Source: an uncultured virus (IMG/VR IMGVR_UViG_3300042456_000185)
Lineage: Duplodnaviria; Heunggongvirae; Uroviricota; Caudoviricetes; Crassvirales
DNA: 20,000 nt
IMG/VR virus record: IMGVR_UViG_3300042456_000185
Direction: 5' to 3' (one strand)
Made by a program: the position numbers and the translations under genes. The notes beneath the pieces are model-generated. The model had not been told where the DNA came from. It ran no database searches and worked only from the letters and a program-made list of their open reading frames with translations. Position 1 is the stretch's first letter. Each line of letters begins with the position of its first letter. Shown piece by piece: positions 6,266 through 15,383 of the stretch.

Positions 6266-9200
6266 TTATTGTCCGAGTTCGTTGTGTAGGTTACTTTTCG
6301 AGAAAACTGTATTGACTGCGTACAGCTCAACTTGATCGATGTTTGAGTTTGTCAAACGTAGCTTCAGGTAGTAGTCACGCATTTGGTCTCCTTCAATTAT
6401 TGAGTTAGGAGATATGGCTACTACTAGGTCCCCAGGGTCAACTCCTGCGGCAGGAGCAGATACAGATATCGTGTCAGCAGAAATGATGCTAGATATATTC
6501 AGAGCATATGGCTCAAGATCATCGCCAACTACCTTGTACAGATTTGATCCGATTGGGAATGGAATATCGCTAATTTGAGTAGTAAAGGTTACCTCATTGT
6601 CGTCAACCGTGTCAACAATTCCAATTGAGTAAACCTCAGAAGATCCGCTAAGCGTTACGATATTTCCAGACAGGGTAGAGTTTGCTGAGTTATCACGTGG
6701 AATATATGCGTAGAAGTTTCTCTCCTTCTTCTCATAGTCTCCATATGGGTAAGTGATACCGTCAATAGTCTGTGGTGTGCTGCTAACAGAAGAAGTCTGG
6801 TCAGTGTTTGACAAGCTGGAGTTCCAGGCATCAGTTCCTTCAATGCTCATAGACTGGTAAGCCTTTACCATAGATGGATTGCTAGCAGAAACTACTTCTA
6901 CTACAGATCCAGCAGCAGCTTCAGCGCCATAGTAAACTGTTCTATCAGCTTCTATTGAGTGTCTGTACATTGCTCCACCCTTAAACGAATACATAGTATC
7001 GTCTACAGTGTTAATAGCCTCTGGTACAAATGAATACTTTGAGTTCCATACAGAGTCGTCTGTGTCCCATCCAACAGTAAAAGGAACAACGTCTCCGTAA
7101 TCTTCTTCAATGTATGCGTCAAACTCACCGCAGTCGTTTACAAATGTGAATGACCCGTCAGAAAGATTTACAGTAATCTGTACATAGAAGTCGAAGTTGC
7201 TGTTTGTCGCAATAGCGTAGATTAGATTCGAGTCGGTATCCACCAAGTCGCTTCCAAGATATAGCGGGAACCCTTCAGAGAGTCTGTCCAGGAATACGAT
7301 ACCATTCAAGCTGTTATCAAAGGTGTCGCAGATCGTATTAAAGAATCTGTCCTCCGTGTCAAAGGTTGGCAACATAGAGTCGTTGTACTCAAATGTGGTA
7401 TAAACCTTCGTTCCCTCTTCGTCTGTATGTGCGAGATATTGGTACAGAGGAGTTACGTGAGTTCCGTCTGCGTATATCTTGATGTAGAACAGCTTGACAC
7501 CATCTGAAGATACAATAAACTCTCCTGATTCGCCATCAATACCTCCGATAATTCTTCTAGTAACAGTTGTACTCTCTGAAGAATATGCCTCAAGGACGTT
7601 CTTAAAGTTTCTCTTAAAGAAGGCATCTAGTTTTACTGCAGATATTTCAGTAAGGCCATCCTGAGAGAGTCTCATAACCTTTCCTGACCTAACATCTGAG
7701 AAGTAAACACGCCCTCTTTCTATAGCTACAGACTCAGGATTGTTACATACTCCATAGTCACCAAGATAGTAACTAGGAGATCCTACTACGCTGTTTGTAG
7801 TTGTTACAATACCACCACCTGTTGCGCTTTCTATCACGTTCTTATTTACAGGGAAGATTCCGACCTTCTTTTCCTGAAGGAATACAATAGAGTCATCCTT
7901 GTTTATCAGACTTCTTATCGGTCCGTGTATGTAGTTTAGGTCTTCAAAGTTAGCCTTAGATAGGTTGAATGAAGATAGTCCTAGTACATATGAATCTATT
8001 ACAAATGGATCTGAGTATGTTACAGAGCCAGTTCTAAAAGCTCTTTTACCGTCTGGATTCTCAGCAAAAGGACGGCCAATACCAGTACTATTTGAGACAT
8101 AAAAATCAGAGATAGAAGATGCTTCAATGCTGCGGACAAGGTAGGAGAATAAATCTGCATCTTCCCCGATGCGAAGCTGTCTAAGTCTAAAGTATACATC
8201 GCCACTCGTCAAGTTACAAACGGCATCGGAAGAGTTTACTATCTGTAGACCAGTACCTCCGCCAAATGTGGCACCAGGAGAGAATCCACCTTGGATGATA
8301 AACCCATCAACCACATACTGGTAATTGATTCCAGCTACAGTATTTACATAATTACTTACGTTAGATACTCTAAGTCTATTGTTGCTGTTGTCTCTGATGA
8401 TATCACCATTGTAAACTCTCTGTGTGGTAAATATCTGAATGCCAGGACTTACTGTGTTTACATATGCGGAAAGATTCGATATAAGCCTTGAGTCACCTGA
8501 GTGAACTCCATTTGATATATTGAAAGACTTCCCAATCTCGTAGTAGATATCATCTTCTGATCTCTCTCTGTATCTATAGATTTCTACAATAACATCCTTA
8601 CCCCATCCATCTATGTTGTCAATTATAGCCTGTTTGTTGAAAGACTTATTTTCATTGTCCTCAAGAATCAGGAACCATCCAGTAGTATTGTAGATGGAGT
8701 CCTCATTAGCTTCATTTAGGATGGGATTCGTTTCTATATTATTTTCCAGATTCTGATATCCAGTAACCGTAAATGTGACATCTGGGTATATGTATTTCTC
8801 AGATAGTAATACTCCTCCAGTGTAGAAAAATAGATTTACAGCAATTGAAGACTTGAAGAATGTTCCATTAGCATTGAGTGGATTATTGCCAGATATTCTT
8901 TTTGCCAAGATCTTTGTCGCTGTTCCTTGCCTGTATACTGATATGATCCTGTATCTGTTACCGTTGTTCTTATACTCTTCGTTTAACGCAGGCATAAATC
9001 CGTTAGAGAATGTAAGCTCAGCTACATCCGTCTCACGATAGGACACTATTCTTAGTCTGTCTCCTTTCGTATACTTATATCCAAGAAGTGCTCCTTTAGA
9101 CTCTACGAAAGAATCAGCCTTACCCTCCAGAGAGCGCATAGAGACGTATATAACGTCGTTATTAGACAAGTTGGCTATCGATGTGTCAGCTATTGGATTA

Positions 9201-11488
9201 GATGCGTTATATGCGCTTATTACGCTGTACTGCAAAAAGTCCTGTATGTTTCCATACTTTCTAATTACTGGAGCCCATTTCTTTGCCCAGGTTGGTCCAT
9301 CACTGGTAATTCTTAAATCAACGGAAGCCCCACCGTAATATGGGTATTCTCTATCTGAATACCATTTAACTGCTGCATCAGATGTTTTCTGTACAAACGA
9401 TGTGCGTCCCCTATCGTCATAATATACGATTCCAATGCTGTGCTTTGCTCCAGACTTAAACGACTTGTAGTTTGCATATCCAGCTACCACAAAAGAATAT
9501 ACGCTGTCAAGTACTGGAATGCCTCTTGGAAATGCTCGAAACGGCTGGGACGGTTCAATTTCTGTGTTTTCAACTGGTATAATTATATTTCCGTCACCGT
9601 CTGGATTTTTTTCAAACTTAGTTTGGCTATATCCAACAGCGGGCTGAAGAATAGTAATAGAAATAGTATCAGAAGACTTAAAATTTATCTCCTTTGAAAG
9701 ATTTGGGGAGGAGTTTACTTTGTATACAATTCCAGACCAGATATTCTCCCCCCTAAATATAGCCTTTGGAGTTATAGAGAAGTTTAATATATTTGCTGCA
9801 AATGTAATAACACCAGAAAGTCTTAGTTGCTCTTGTATTCTAACAGACCCACTTCCCTGGAAGTACATCCATCTTCTTGCTAAAGTTCCTACCGCTGGAA
9901 GTTCTGACTTTGCTTCAAAAATTCTAGTAGCTTGATCTATATTGCTAGTGTCTGTGTTTAATGCAATGTTATATATATTACTTACAGCATCAGATATTAC
10001 GTCATAGATTTCATTAAGTGGAGTGTTAGCCTCAATGTTTACAATCTTTCTAATGTTTACCGGAGACACTATAAGTCTAGCGTAAGAAAGAAGACCACCA
10101 GCGTTTTTCTCAATCAAGTCTTCATTAAGCTCAACCCAGTTAAAGAATACTCCAGGACCAAGACTGTTTCCATACATAAAGTCAACCAACTCATCGTTAT
10201 TTTCGCCTGAAAATCTTAGCGAGAAGTTTAACACAATCTGTGAAGACTCATTAATTGGAGTATATTGAGTTAAGTCTAAAGATATTTTTGCGTTTACATA
10301 TGCCGGTTGCTGAGATGTGGCCCACGTCGCAGAAGAAATAGATACACCAGTCCTAATAACCTCTTGATAGGTTACAGTTACTGGGATATTAATGATACGA
10401 GGTGATTGCTCATAGTTTACTCCAACAAATGAGGCTGTACTTGTATTATCGTAACCCTCTGTGTAATTACCGTAAAACAATCTGTTCCCAGATATTGTCT
10501 GAGATTGTGCAATAATAGGAACAGCGTCATATAGTTTGTTCTGTTCGTCCTCAGATATATATCTATACGTGCTATCATTATAGAAGTTAAATCTAAGTTC
10601 CTGTACAGTAGTTCCTTTTGGGTTGTTTAACTCTCTAATAATAAAAAACGAACCTTCATTTCCAAGCCTTGCTAACACTCGTATAGTCTTAACATCTGCA
10701 ATACTGCTATCTACAGATATTCTTATGGCGTTATACTCAGATCTTTGCGTAGTGTTAATAATTCCGTCAACGTACTGATTAGGGGCTACTGCTAAATCTG
10801 TATACTTTGAGATAGCAGAAACCTCACCGTCATCGTAGATGTACTGATATGCGAACTGGAAGTTTTTGTCGTAGATTAAGTTGTCTGAAAAGTTTTCGTC
10901 AGAGAATATAGCATACCTCGGAGGATCTAGTGGCGGCATACGTGCCGTGGTAAGAAACTGGAGCTTCTGCTCAGCAGTACCAGTATTTAGTACGCTAGAA
11001 TATCCTCCATTAATGGCTACTGTTACGTTTATCTTTTTAGGAGAGGAGAACCCATCCGTAAAGTAAAGCAACATATTCTGGTCGATGTTCCTTACGAAGT
11101 TAGCCTGGATAAAAGCAGACCTACTAAAGTTAAGTACAGCGTCACGATAGACAAGCTCTACGAAAGAAGAAGACGTGCTAAATCTGTAGATGCTGTGGTT
11201 ATCGTTCTCATTCCATACAAAGAAAACAATCTCACCGGTAGACTGGCTGTTTACTGCACTGATAACATAGTTCTCACCAGCTGGAAGTGCGTGTGTTTTG
11301 CCCTGCCAGTTGTTTCCATTCTTAAATGGTACTAGCTCATTTCCAAATGCGTTCTTGATAACACCCTCTGTTCCGTCTTCAGTAGCAGAGATCCTGACGT
11401 TAATAGCGTCAGTCATCTCCATATTCTTGATTAGACGAGGATCGTCATCAAGGTTCATATACCTAGGAATGAGCTTTTCTATAGCCAT
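6266..11488 (-). CDS. Tail stabilisation / muzzle (nozzle) protein, crAss-like, P22 gp10-related (1740 aa)
   Basis: N-terminus MNLDDDPRLIKNMEMTDAINVRI, LYFTDG..PKKINV, FQFAYQYIYDDGEVSAIS, GNRLFYGNYTEGYD, KSFKSGAKHSIGIVYYDDRGR, YGVCNNPES, C-terminal EGDQMRDYYLKLRL: motifs I recognise from crAss-like tail stabilisation proteins; beta-rich; follows the ring protein genes. Confidence 0.85.
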   Translation of the reverse strand: MAIEKLIPRYMNLDDDPRLIKNMEMTDAINVRISATEDGTEGVIKNAFGNELVPFKNGNNWQGKTHALPAGENYVISAVNSQSTGEIVFFVWNENDNHSIYRFSTSSSFVELVYRDAVLNFSRSAFIQANFVRNIDQNMLLYFTDGFSSPKKINVTVAINGGYSSVLNTGTAEQKLQFLTTARMPPLDPPRYAIFSDENFSDNLIYDKNFQFAYQYIYDDGEVSAISKYTDLAVAPNQYVDGIINTTQRSEYNAIRISVDSSIADVKTIRVLARLGNEGSFFIIRELNNPKGTTVQELRFNFYNDSTYRYISEDEQNKLYDAVPIIAQSQTISGNRLFYGNYTEGYDNTSTASFVGVNYEQSPRIINIPVTVTYQEVIRTGVSISSATWATSQQPAYVNAKISLDLTQYTPINESSQIVLNFSLRFSGENNDELVDFMYGNSLGPGVFFNWVELNEDLIEKNAGGLLSYARLIVSPVNIRKIVNIEANTPLNEIYDVISDAVSNIYNIALNTDTSNIDQATRIFEAKSELPAVGTLARRWMYFQGSGSVRIQEQLRLSGVITFAANILNFSITPKAIFRGENIWSGIVYKVNSSPNLSKEINFKSSDTISITILQPAVGYSQTKFEKNPDGDGNIIIPVENTEIEPSQPFRAFPRGIPVLDSVYSFVVAGYANYKSFKSGAKHSIGIVYYDDRGRTSFVQKTSDAAVKWYSDREYPYYGGASVDLRITSDGPTWAKKWAPVIRKYGNIQDFLQYSVISAYNASNPIADTSIANLSNNDVIYVSMRSLEGKADSFVESKGALLGYKYTKGDRLRIVSYRETDVAELTFSNGFMPALNEEYKNNGNRYRIISVYRQGTATKILAKRISGNNPLNANGTFFKSSIAVNLFFYTGGVLLSEKYIYPDVTFTVTGYQNLENNIETNPILNEANEDSIYNTTGWFLILEDNENKSFNKQAIIDNIDGWGKDVIVEIYRYRERSEDDIYYEIGKSFNISNGVHSGDSRLISNLSAYVNTVSPGIQIFTTQRVYNGDIIRDNSNNRLRVSNVSNYVNTVAGINYQYVVDGFIIQGGFSPGATFGGGTGLQIVNSSDAVCNLTSGDVYFRLRQLRIGEDADLFSYLVRSIEASSISDFYVSNSTGIGRPFAENPDGKRAFRTGSVTYSDPFVIDSYVLGLSSFNLSKANFEDLNYIHGPIRSLINKDDSIVFLQEKKVGIFPVNKNVIESATGGGIVTTTNSVVGSPSYYLGDYGVCNNPESVAIERGRVYFSDVRSGKVMRLSQDGLTEISAVKLDAFFKRNFKNVLEAYSSESTTVTRRIIGGIDGESGEFIVSSDGVKLFYIKIYADGTHVTPLYQYLAHTDEEGTKVYTTFEYNDSMLPTFDTEDRFFNTICDTFDNSLNGIVFLDRLSEGFPLYLGSDLVDTDSNLIYAIATNSNFDFYVQITVNLSDGSFTFVNDCGEFDAYIEEDYGDVVPFTVGWDTDDSVWNSKYSFVPEAINTVDDTMYSFKGGAMYRHSIEADRTVYYGAEAAAGSVVEVVSASNPSMVKAYQSMSIEGTDAWNSSLSNTDQTSSVSSTPQTIDGITYPYGDYEKKERNFYAYIPRDNSANSTLSGNIVTLSGSSEVYSIGIVDTVDDNEVTFTTQISDIPFPIGSNLYKVVGDDLEPYALNISSIISADTISVSAPAAGVDPGDLVVAISPNSIIEGDQMRDYYLKLRLTNSNIDQVELYAVNTVFSKSNLHNELGQ

Positions 11489-11494
11489 AAGTGC

Positions 11495-12238
11495 TTAGTA
11501 CTTAGGAGATTGCTTGAAATTTTTTCTGATAGTCTTGAGAGCTTCATCCTTACCGAATGACTTCAAGCGAGAGTTTGCTAGACGCATTTCATTGTAATAG
11601 TCTCTGCGGGCTCTCTCCTTTTCGTTCATAGGAATGTTCGCCTTTCTCTGAACAAGACTCCAGTACATATACTTTCTGAGGGCCTCTTCTGCATAAACGT
11701 GTACAGTTGGGTTCTCAGACAGAGCCTCATCAGCGATGTACTCCATATAGACAGTGTCAGACAGGGAGTCAGATGTTAGTTCTATTCTGTTGTTTACGTT
11801 ATCAATACGATACTCACCAGAGTAGAATCCACCACCAAGGCCATACATACGACCATCTGTAGTTGCGTAAACATAGTTTCTGAACAGATATGAATCGTAT
11901 CCATACAGCAAGTCGTCAGAGTCATCAATTGGCTCGATACCTGCAATGTTGATATTCTTGTTCTCACCGAACACGTAGAAGAGTCCATCGGATCCAATGG
12001 TCCCAACCTTAATCATATCTACATAGTCGCAAGGCAGAGCTCCAGTTCCGTTGCTCTGGTCAACCTCAATCTTTGCGCTCTTGATTCTCTTCAACATATC
12101 GAATCCCATCTCCCTGATTCCACGCAGAGCAATGTTCCTCAAGAATACTTCGGAGACTGTATTGATGTAATCATCACCCTCTACGCTGATAATAAAGTCA
12201 TTTAAGACTTGGTCAAGTGATACTGTATCCTTAGCCAT
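11495..12238 (-). CDS. Ring / tail tubular (head-tail adaptor) protein (247 aa)
   Basis: ALRGIREMGFD...LPCDYVDMIKVG...VHVYAEEALRKY...MRLANSRL pattern; position directly upstream of the muzzle gene. Confidence 0.75.
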   Translation of the reverse strand: MAKDTVSLDQVLNDFIISVEGDDYINTVSEVFLRNIALRGIREMGFDMLKRIKSAKIEVDQSNGTGALPCDYVDMIKVGTIGSDGLFYVFGENKNINIAGIEPIDDSDDLLYGYDSYLFRNYVYATTDGRMYGLGGGFYSGEYRIDNVNNRIELTSDSLSDTVYMEYIADEALSENPTVHVYAEEALRKYMYWSLVQRKANIPMNEKERARRDYYNEMRLANSRLKSFGKDEALKTIRKNFKQSPKY

Positions 12239-12972
12239 TACTGATTAGATTTTTCTTCTGTGGAAGCATATGCGTACACATCCTGGTCTCTCAAGTTCAC
12301 TCCTATCATCTTTGCCACCTCGATAACAAGTTCAGCAAAGTACGTCTCAGGAAGTTCAAAGTCGACACTTGTAGATGGGTTGTAGATCTCCTTGCTGGCT
12401 ACTACTGTATATCCAAACTTAGGCTGGCTGACAGTCTTAGCTCCAGTGGTAGGAGTGATCCCCTGTGGTAGCTTATAGTATCTAAGCTTTACCGATGGTA
12501 CAGTTGAAGGAAATACCTGCACGTTGGTGCTTACAAGGGCTACTGGGTAGTCATTGCTAGGTGCTGACAGGGTACTTCTTAGGATATAGTCAATCTTTAA
12601 GTCATCGTATACGATAGCTACTGGAGTGGCTGTAGTTGTATCAAACATATACACACCATTGGTGGTCATAGAGACGATACGGCCAAGGTCCGAAGGCTTT
12701 GCTCCAGCTCCGTTTGTAAGTGTTATCGTAGCAGACTTAGCAAACGTTGCCAAATCCTCTGCATTCATCTTGACACGTGATTTATCAAATCCAGCATCAA
12801 GTTGAGACATTCTAATTCTCTTGTTATCTACAGCTGAGTCGAACAGCTTGTTATAGATGTTCATTTGAGCGGCAGCAGCAAGACTGTTAAATACAGATGG
12901 CGTTACAAATCCACGCTGGTCTTTATTTACCAAATCTTTTAGTGCTGAATATACTCTGTAAACGCTAGCCAT
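12238..12972 (-). CDS. Ring / tail tubular protein (244 aa; start revised to MASVYRVY)
   Basis: VNKDQRGFVTPSVFN...AQMNIY and C-terminal DFELPE...ELVIEVAKMIGVNLRD motifs typical of crAss-like ring proteins; the longer track start (13017) lies inside a terminator hairpin, upstream of the promoter. Confidence 0.75.
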   Translation of the reverse strand: MASVYRVYSALKDLVNKDQRGFVTPSVFNSLAAAAQMNIYNKLFDSAVDNKRIRMSQLDAGFDKSRVKMNAEDLATFAKSATITLTNGAGAKPSDLGRIVSMTTNGVYMFDTTTATPVAIVYDDLKIDYILRSTLSAPSNDYPVALVSTNVQVFPSTVPSVKLRYYKLPQGITPTTGAKTVSQPKFGYTVVASKEIYNPSTSVDFELPETYFAELVIEVAKMIGVNLRDQDVYAYASTEEKSNQ

Positions 12973-12989
12973 TTCTGAATACTTTGTTA

Positions 12990-12997
12990 CAAAGATA
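12990..12997 (-). promoter_or_regulatory. Bacteroidota -7 promoter element (TATCTTTG)
   Basis: TAnnTTTG match 17 nt upstream of ATG 12972, immediately after a terminator U-tract. Confidence 0.75.
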
Positions 12998-12999
12998 TG

Positions 13000-13028
13000 A
13001 AAAAAGAAGAGGGGCACTTGGCCCCTCT
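13000..13028 (-). terminator. Intrinsic terminator
   Basis: AGAGGGGC-CAAGT-GCCCCTCT followed by TCTTTTTT on the minus strand. Confidence 0.85.
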
Positions 13029-13049
13029 AACTTTCAAGCAGTTAATATG

Positions 13050-13862
13050 TTAAGCAATTTTGCTTAGTTCCTTCTTTAACTCCTCTGTGACAGGAAGACC
13101 TTTATCGGTCATACAGAACTGAGTCATAACTTCAACGCTGTCCATACCTGCTGGAGTAGATACGATAATACGACCTGAGTCATACCAGTACATACCATCG
13201 CCACGGGCGCTGATGATCTGGAAGTCCATCGCCTGCATAATCATAGAGCGAGTCTTGACTACAGGGTTGTCAAACATATCGATAAAGACACGTGGACGAG
13301 CCTTAGCCTCACGAAGCAATTCGTGCTTGATCTCTTTAACACCCTGATCCGTATTGATACCCAGAGACATAGCCACTGGAATCAGCTCATCAATACCCTT
13401 CTCACGTACTAGTGTGATGGCATCGTGTACCAAGAACTCAGAGTCAAGTTCAATGGAAACTTTACGTTCTGTATCCATCAATCGGAAAATACCTCCTCCA
13501 TTTGCTTTATTGTCTGGGTGCATATCCAAGAACTTTGCAAGGTTGGGTTTATTTGCCTCTACCATCAACATTCCATCACGGAACACAACGTCACTACGAA
13601 CAGCATTTGGAGACTGTTCATCCGTGAATACAGACCGTTCTCCTGGGCAATAGCGTAAAGCTCTGTTCTGTCCAGTTTCTGTATCGAATACGAATACATC
13701 GTTCTGAGAGATGCGGAATACCACGCCACCTCCAGAGTCGATTACATAAATCTTTTGTTTCGGTCCCTCTTGAACCTTTTCTTTTCTTTTAACGACTGGG
13801 ATGTCGGAAGATGCTGCCTCAACAGCAGGGGAGACGGGAGCCGTCTTTTTTTGGTAAGCCAT
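13050..13862 (-). CDS. Conserved virion-associated protein downstream of the major capsid gene (270 aa)
   Basis: RALRYCPGERSVFTDEQ...VVFRDGMLMV...LAKFLDMHPDN motif; occupies the post-MCP slot conserved in crAss-like genomes. Confidence 0.72.
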   Translation of the reverse strand: MAYQKKTAPVSPAVEAASSDIPVVKRKEKVQEGPKQKIYVIDSGGGVVFRISQNDVFVFDTETGQNRALRYCPGERSVFTDEQSPNAVRSDVVFRDGMLMVEANKPNLAKFLDMHPDNKANGGGIFRLMDTERKVSIELDSEFLVHDAITLVREKGIDELIPVAMSLGINTDQGVKEIKHELLREAKARPRVFIDMFDNPVVKTRSMIMQAMDFQIISARGDGMYWYDSGRIIVSTPAGMDSVEVMTQFCMTDKGLPVTEELKKELSKIA

Positions 13863-13882
13863 AACTGAATATAATTAACATT

Positions 13883-13923
13883 AAAAAGAAAAAGAGTAGA
13901 AAGGAGGGGCACAAGGCCCCTCC
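13883..13923 (-). terminator. Intrinsic terminator after the major capsid gene (interrupted U-tract)
   Basis: GGAGGGGC-CTTGT-GCCCCTCC followed by TTTCTACTCTTTTTCTTTTT. Confidence 0.8.
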
Positions 13924-13937
13924 AACTACTCAGGTTA

Positions 13938-15365
13938 TCACTTGATCAACAAGTGGCGGTTTGCGGCACGAGTAACCAAGTTGCACTCAGAGCGGTAGTT
14001 GAACTGCAACGAGTCAACGTTGGTGTTCGTAACGCCCAAGATAGAACCGGTCATCCAGTGCTCCATTTCACGGCTGTATCCGTTAGTAGACTTGTAGTTC
14101 ATTTCCAAAGCAGGAGAACGATCTCCGGTCTTAGGATCAACTACAGTAGCCATTGGGATAGCAACACCCTTGTAAACGGAGTTTGCCAACAGAGTAGGCT
14201 CGTTCAACAATTTCCAAGCTTGTTTGTGGAACGTGTAAGAACCACGCTTGAAGGAAGTGAAGCCCAACTTAACAGCAGCAGCGCCATTGTCAAATGCTCC
14301 AAAAGCTTGAGAACCGATAGTTACACCAGCTGCAGCAGAAGCCAAGCCACGAGCGATCAAGTCGTCCAAGTACAAGTCCTGCTGGCGATTAACGTACATA
14401 GCGTACTCAGGTGCAGAACCTTGCTTGTCGAACTCGGTAACCATAGCATCAACATCGGTCAAAGTTTGGATGTATCCGCTGTTTACCATACCACGATTTT
14501 CGATGGCAGCAAAGTAACCTTCAGATCCTTCAATGGTTCCGTTGATAGAAACACTGTTGGTGTTGGTTACTCCCAGCAACATCATCATCTCACGCTTGTC
14601 CAAGAAACGCTTACGGGTATCTTGCTCAGACTTGATGTACCAGCGGTAGTCGCCATTACCCAAGTTGATCCAGCCGATGTTCGTAGCCTGTGAACCAGTA
14701 ACCTTGTAGGTCTCTTTCAAGATCATATAAGGATTGGTGCGCTTGATAACATCGCTCTCCAAGTATCCTTGGTTTTGGTCAGAACCTTGTGCGAACAAGT
14801 TACCAACGATAGGCAAGGTAGCAGAAGCAGCGGCAGCAGACGCAGTCAAACCAGCAGAGGAAAGAGCAACAGCACTAGCAAAAGCAGTAGCAGTTTGAGA
14901 AGCCTCACCACCAAAGGTTGGAGATCCAGTTGCAGCACCACCATAGCTAACAGCAGTGATGATGAATCTGTCAACTCCACCGATCAATACCACGTCATTA
15001 ACACGCAAGTACTTCTGAGCGGCAGTTTTGGTAGCTCCAGTTGCATTAGCGGCAGCAGAAGCCATATTCAAGGTCAATCCAGTAGCACCAACAGCAGCAG
15101 AAGCCGCAAAGGTTACTACTTGTGCAGGGTGAAGACGAGTCTCTTCCCAGTACTGAACCTCATCGGCAGTACCGTTAGACTTGACAGCTCCTGTCATTTG
15201 CAAAAATCCGGTGATGGTCTGGTTGCCATAGGTCTTAACCAGCATATCACGGTTGTCAGGCTTGTTAACCTGGTTGATAAAATCACCCAACGACACATAC
15301 TTGGTCGGGTCTAAGCGTCTAAACGCTGCGGGTGAAAAATCAGAAGGGGCTTGAGATAGTGCCAT
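13938..15365 (-). CDS. Major capsid protein (HK97 fold, crAss-like; 475 aa)
   Basis: TYGNQTITGFLQMTG...VQYWEETRLH, ILKETYKVTGSQATNIGW, KRFLDKREMMML, GSEGYFAAIENRG, LGFTSFKRGSYTFHK, YRSECNLVTRAAN motifs; strong codon bias of a highly expressed gene; very A-rich leader; followed by a terminator. Confidence 0.88.
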   Translation of the reverse strand: MALSQAPSDFSPAAFRRLDPTKYVSLGDFINQVNKPDNRDMLVKTYGNQTITGFLQMTGAVKSNGTADEVQYWEETRLHPAQVVTFAASAAVGATGLTLNMASAAANATGATKTAAQKYLRVNDVVLIGGVDRFIITAVSYGGAATGSPTFGGEASQTATAFASAVALSSAGLTASAAAASATLPIVGNLFAQGSDQNQGYLESDVIKRTNPYMILKETYKVTGSQATNIGWINLGNGDYRWYIKSEQDTRKRFLDKREMMMLLGVTNTNSVSINGTIEGSEGYFAAIENRGMVNSGYIQTLTDVDAMVTEFDKQGSAPEYAMYVNRQQDLYLDDLIARGLASAAAGVTIGSQAFGAFDNGAAAVKLGFTSFKRGSYTFHKQAWKLLNEPTLLANSVYKGVAIPMATVVDPKTGDRSPALEMNYKSTNGYSREMEHWMTGSILGVTNTNVDSLQFNYRSECNLVTRAANRHLLIK

Positions 15366-15383
15366 TTTTTCTTTTTTTAGTTT

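Noticed and set aside
13953..15314. Long plus-strand ORFs (246 aa and 181 aa) opposite the major capsid gene
   Set aside because: Antisense shadows expected from the strong codon bias of the MCP; Ser/Val-rich, no recognisable motifs or plus-strand expression signals.
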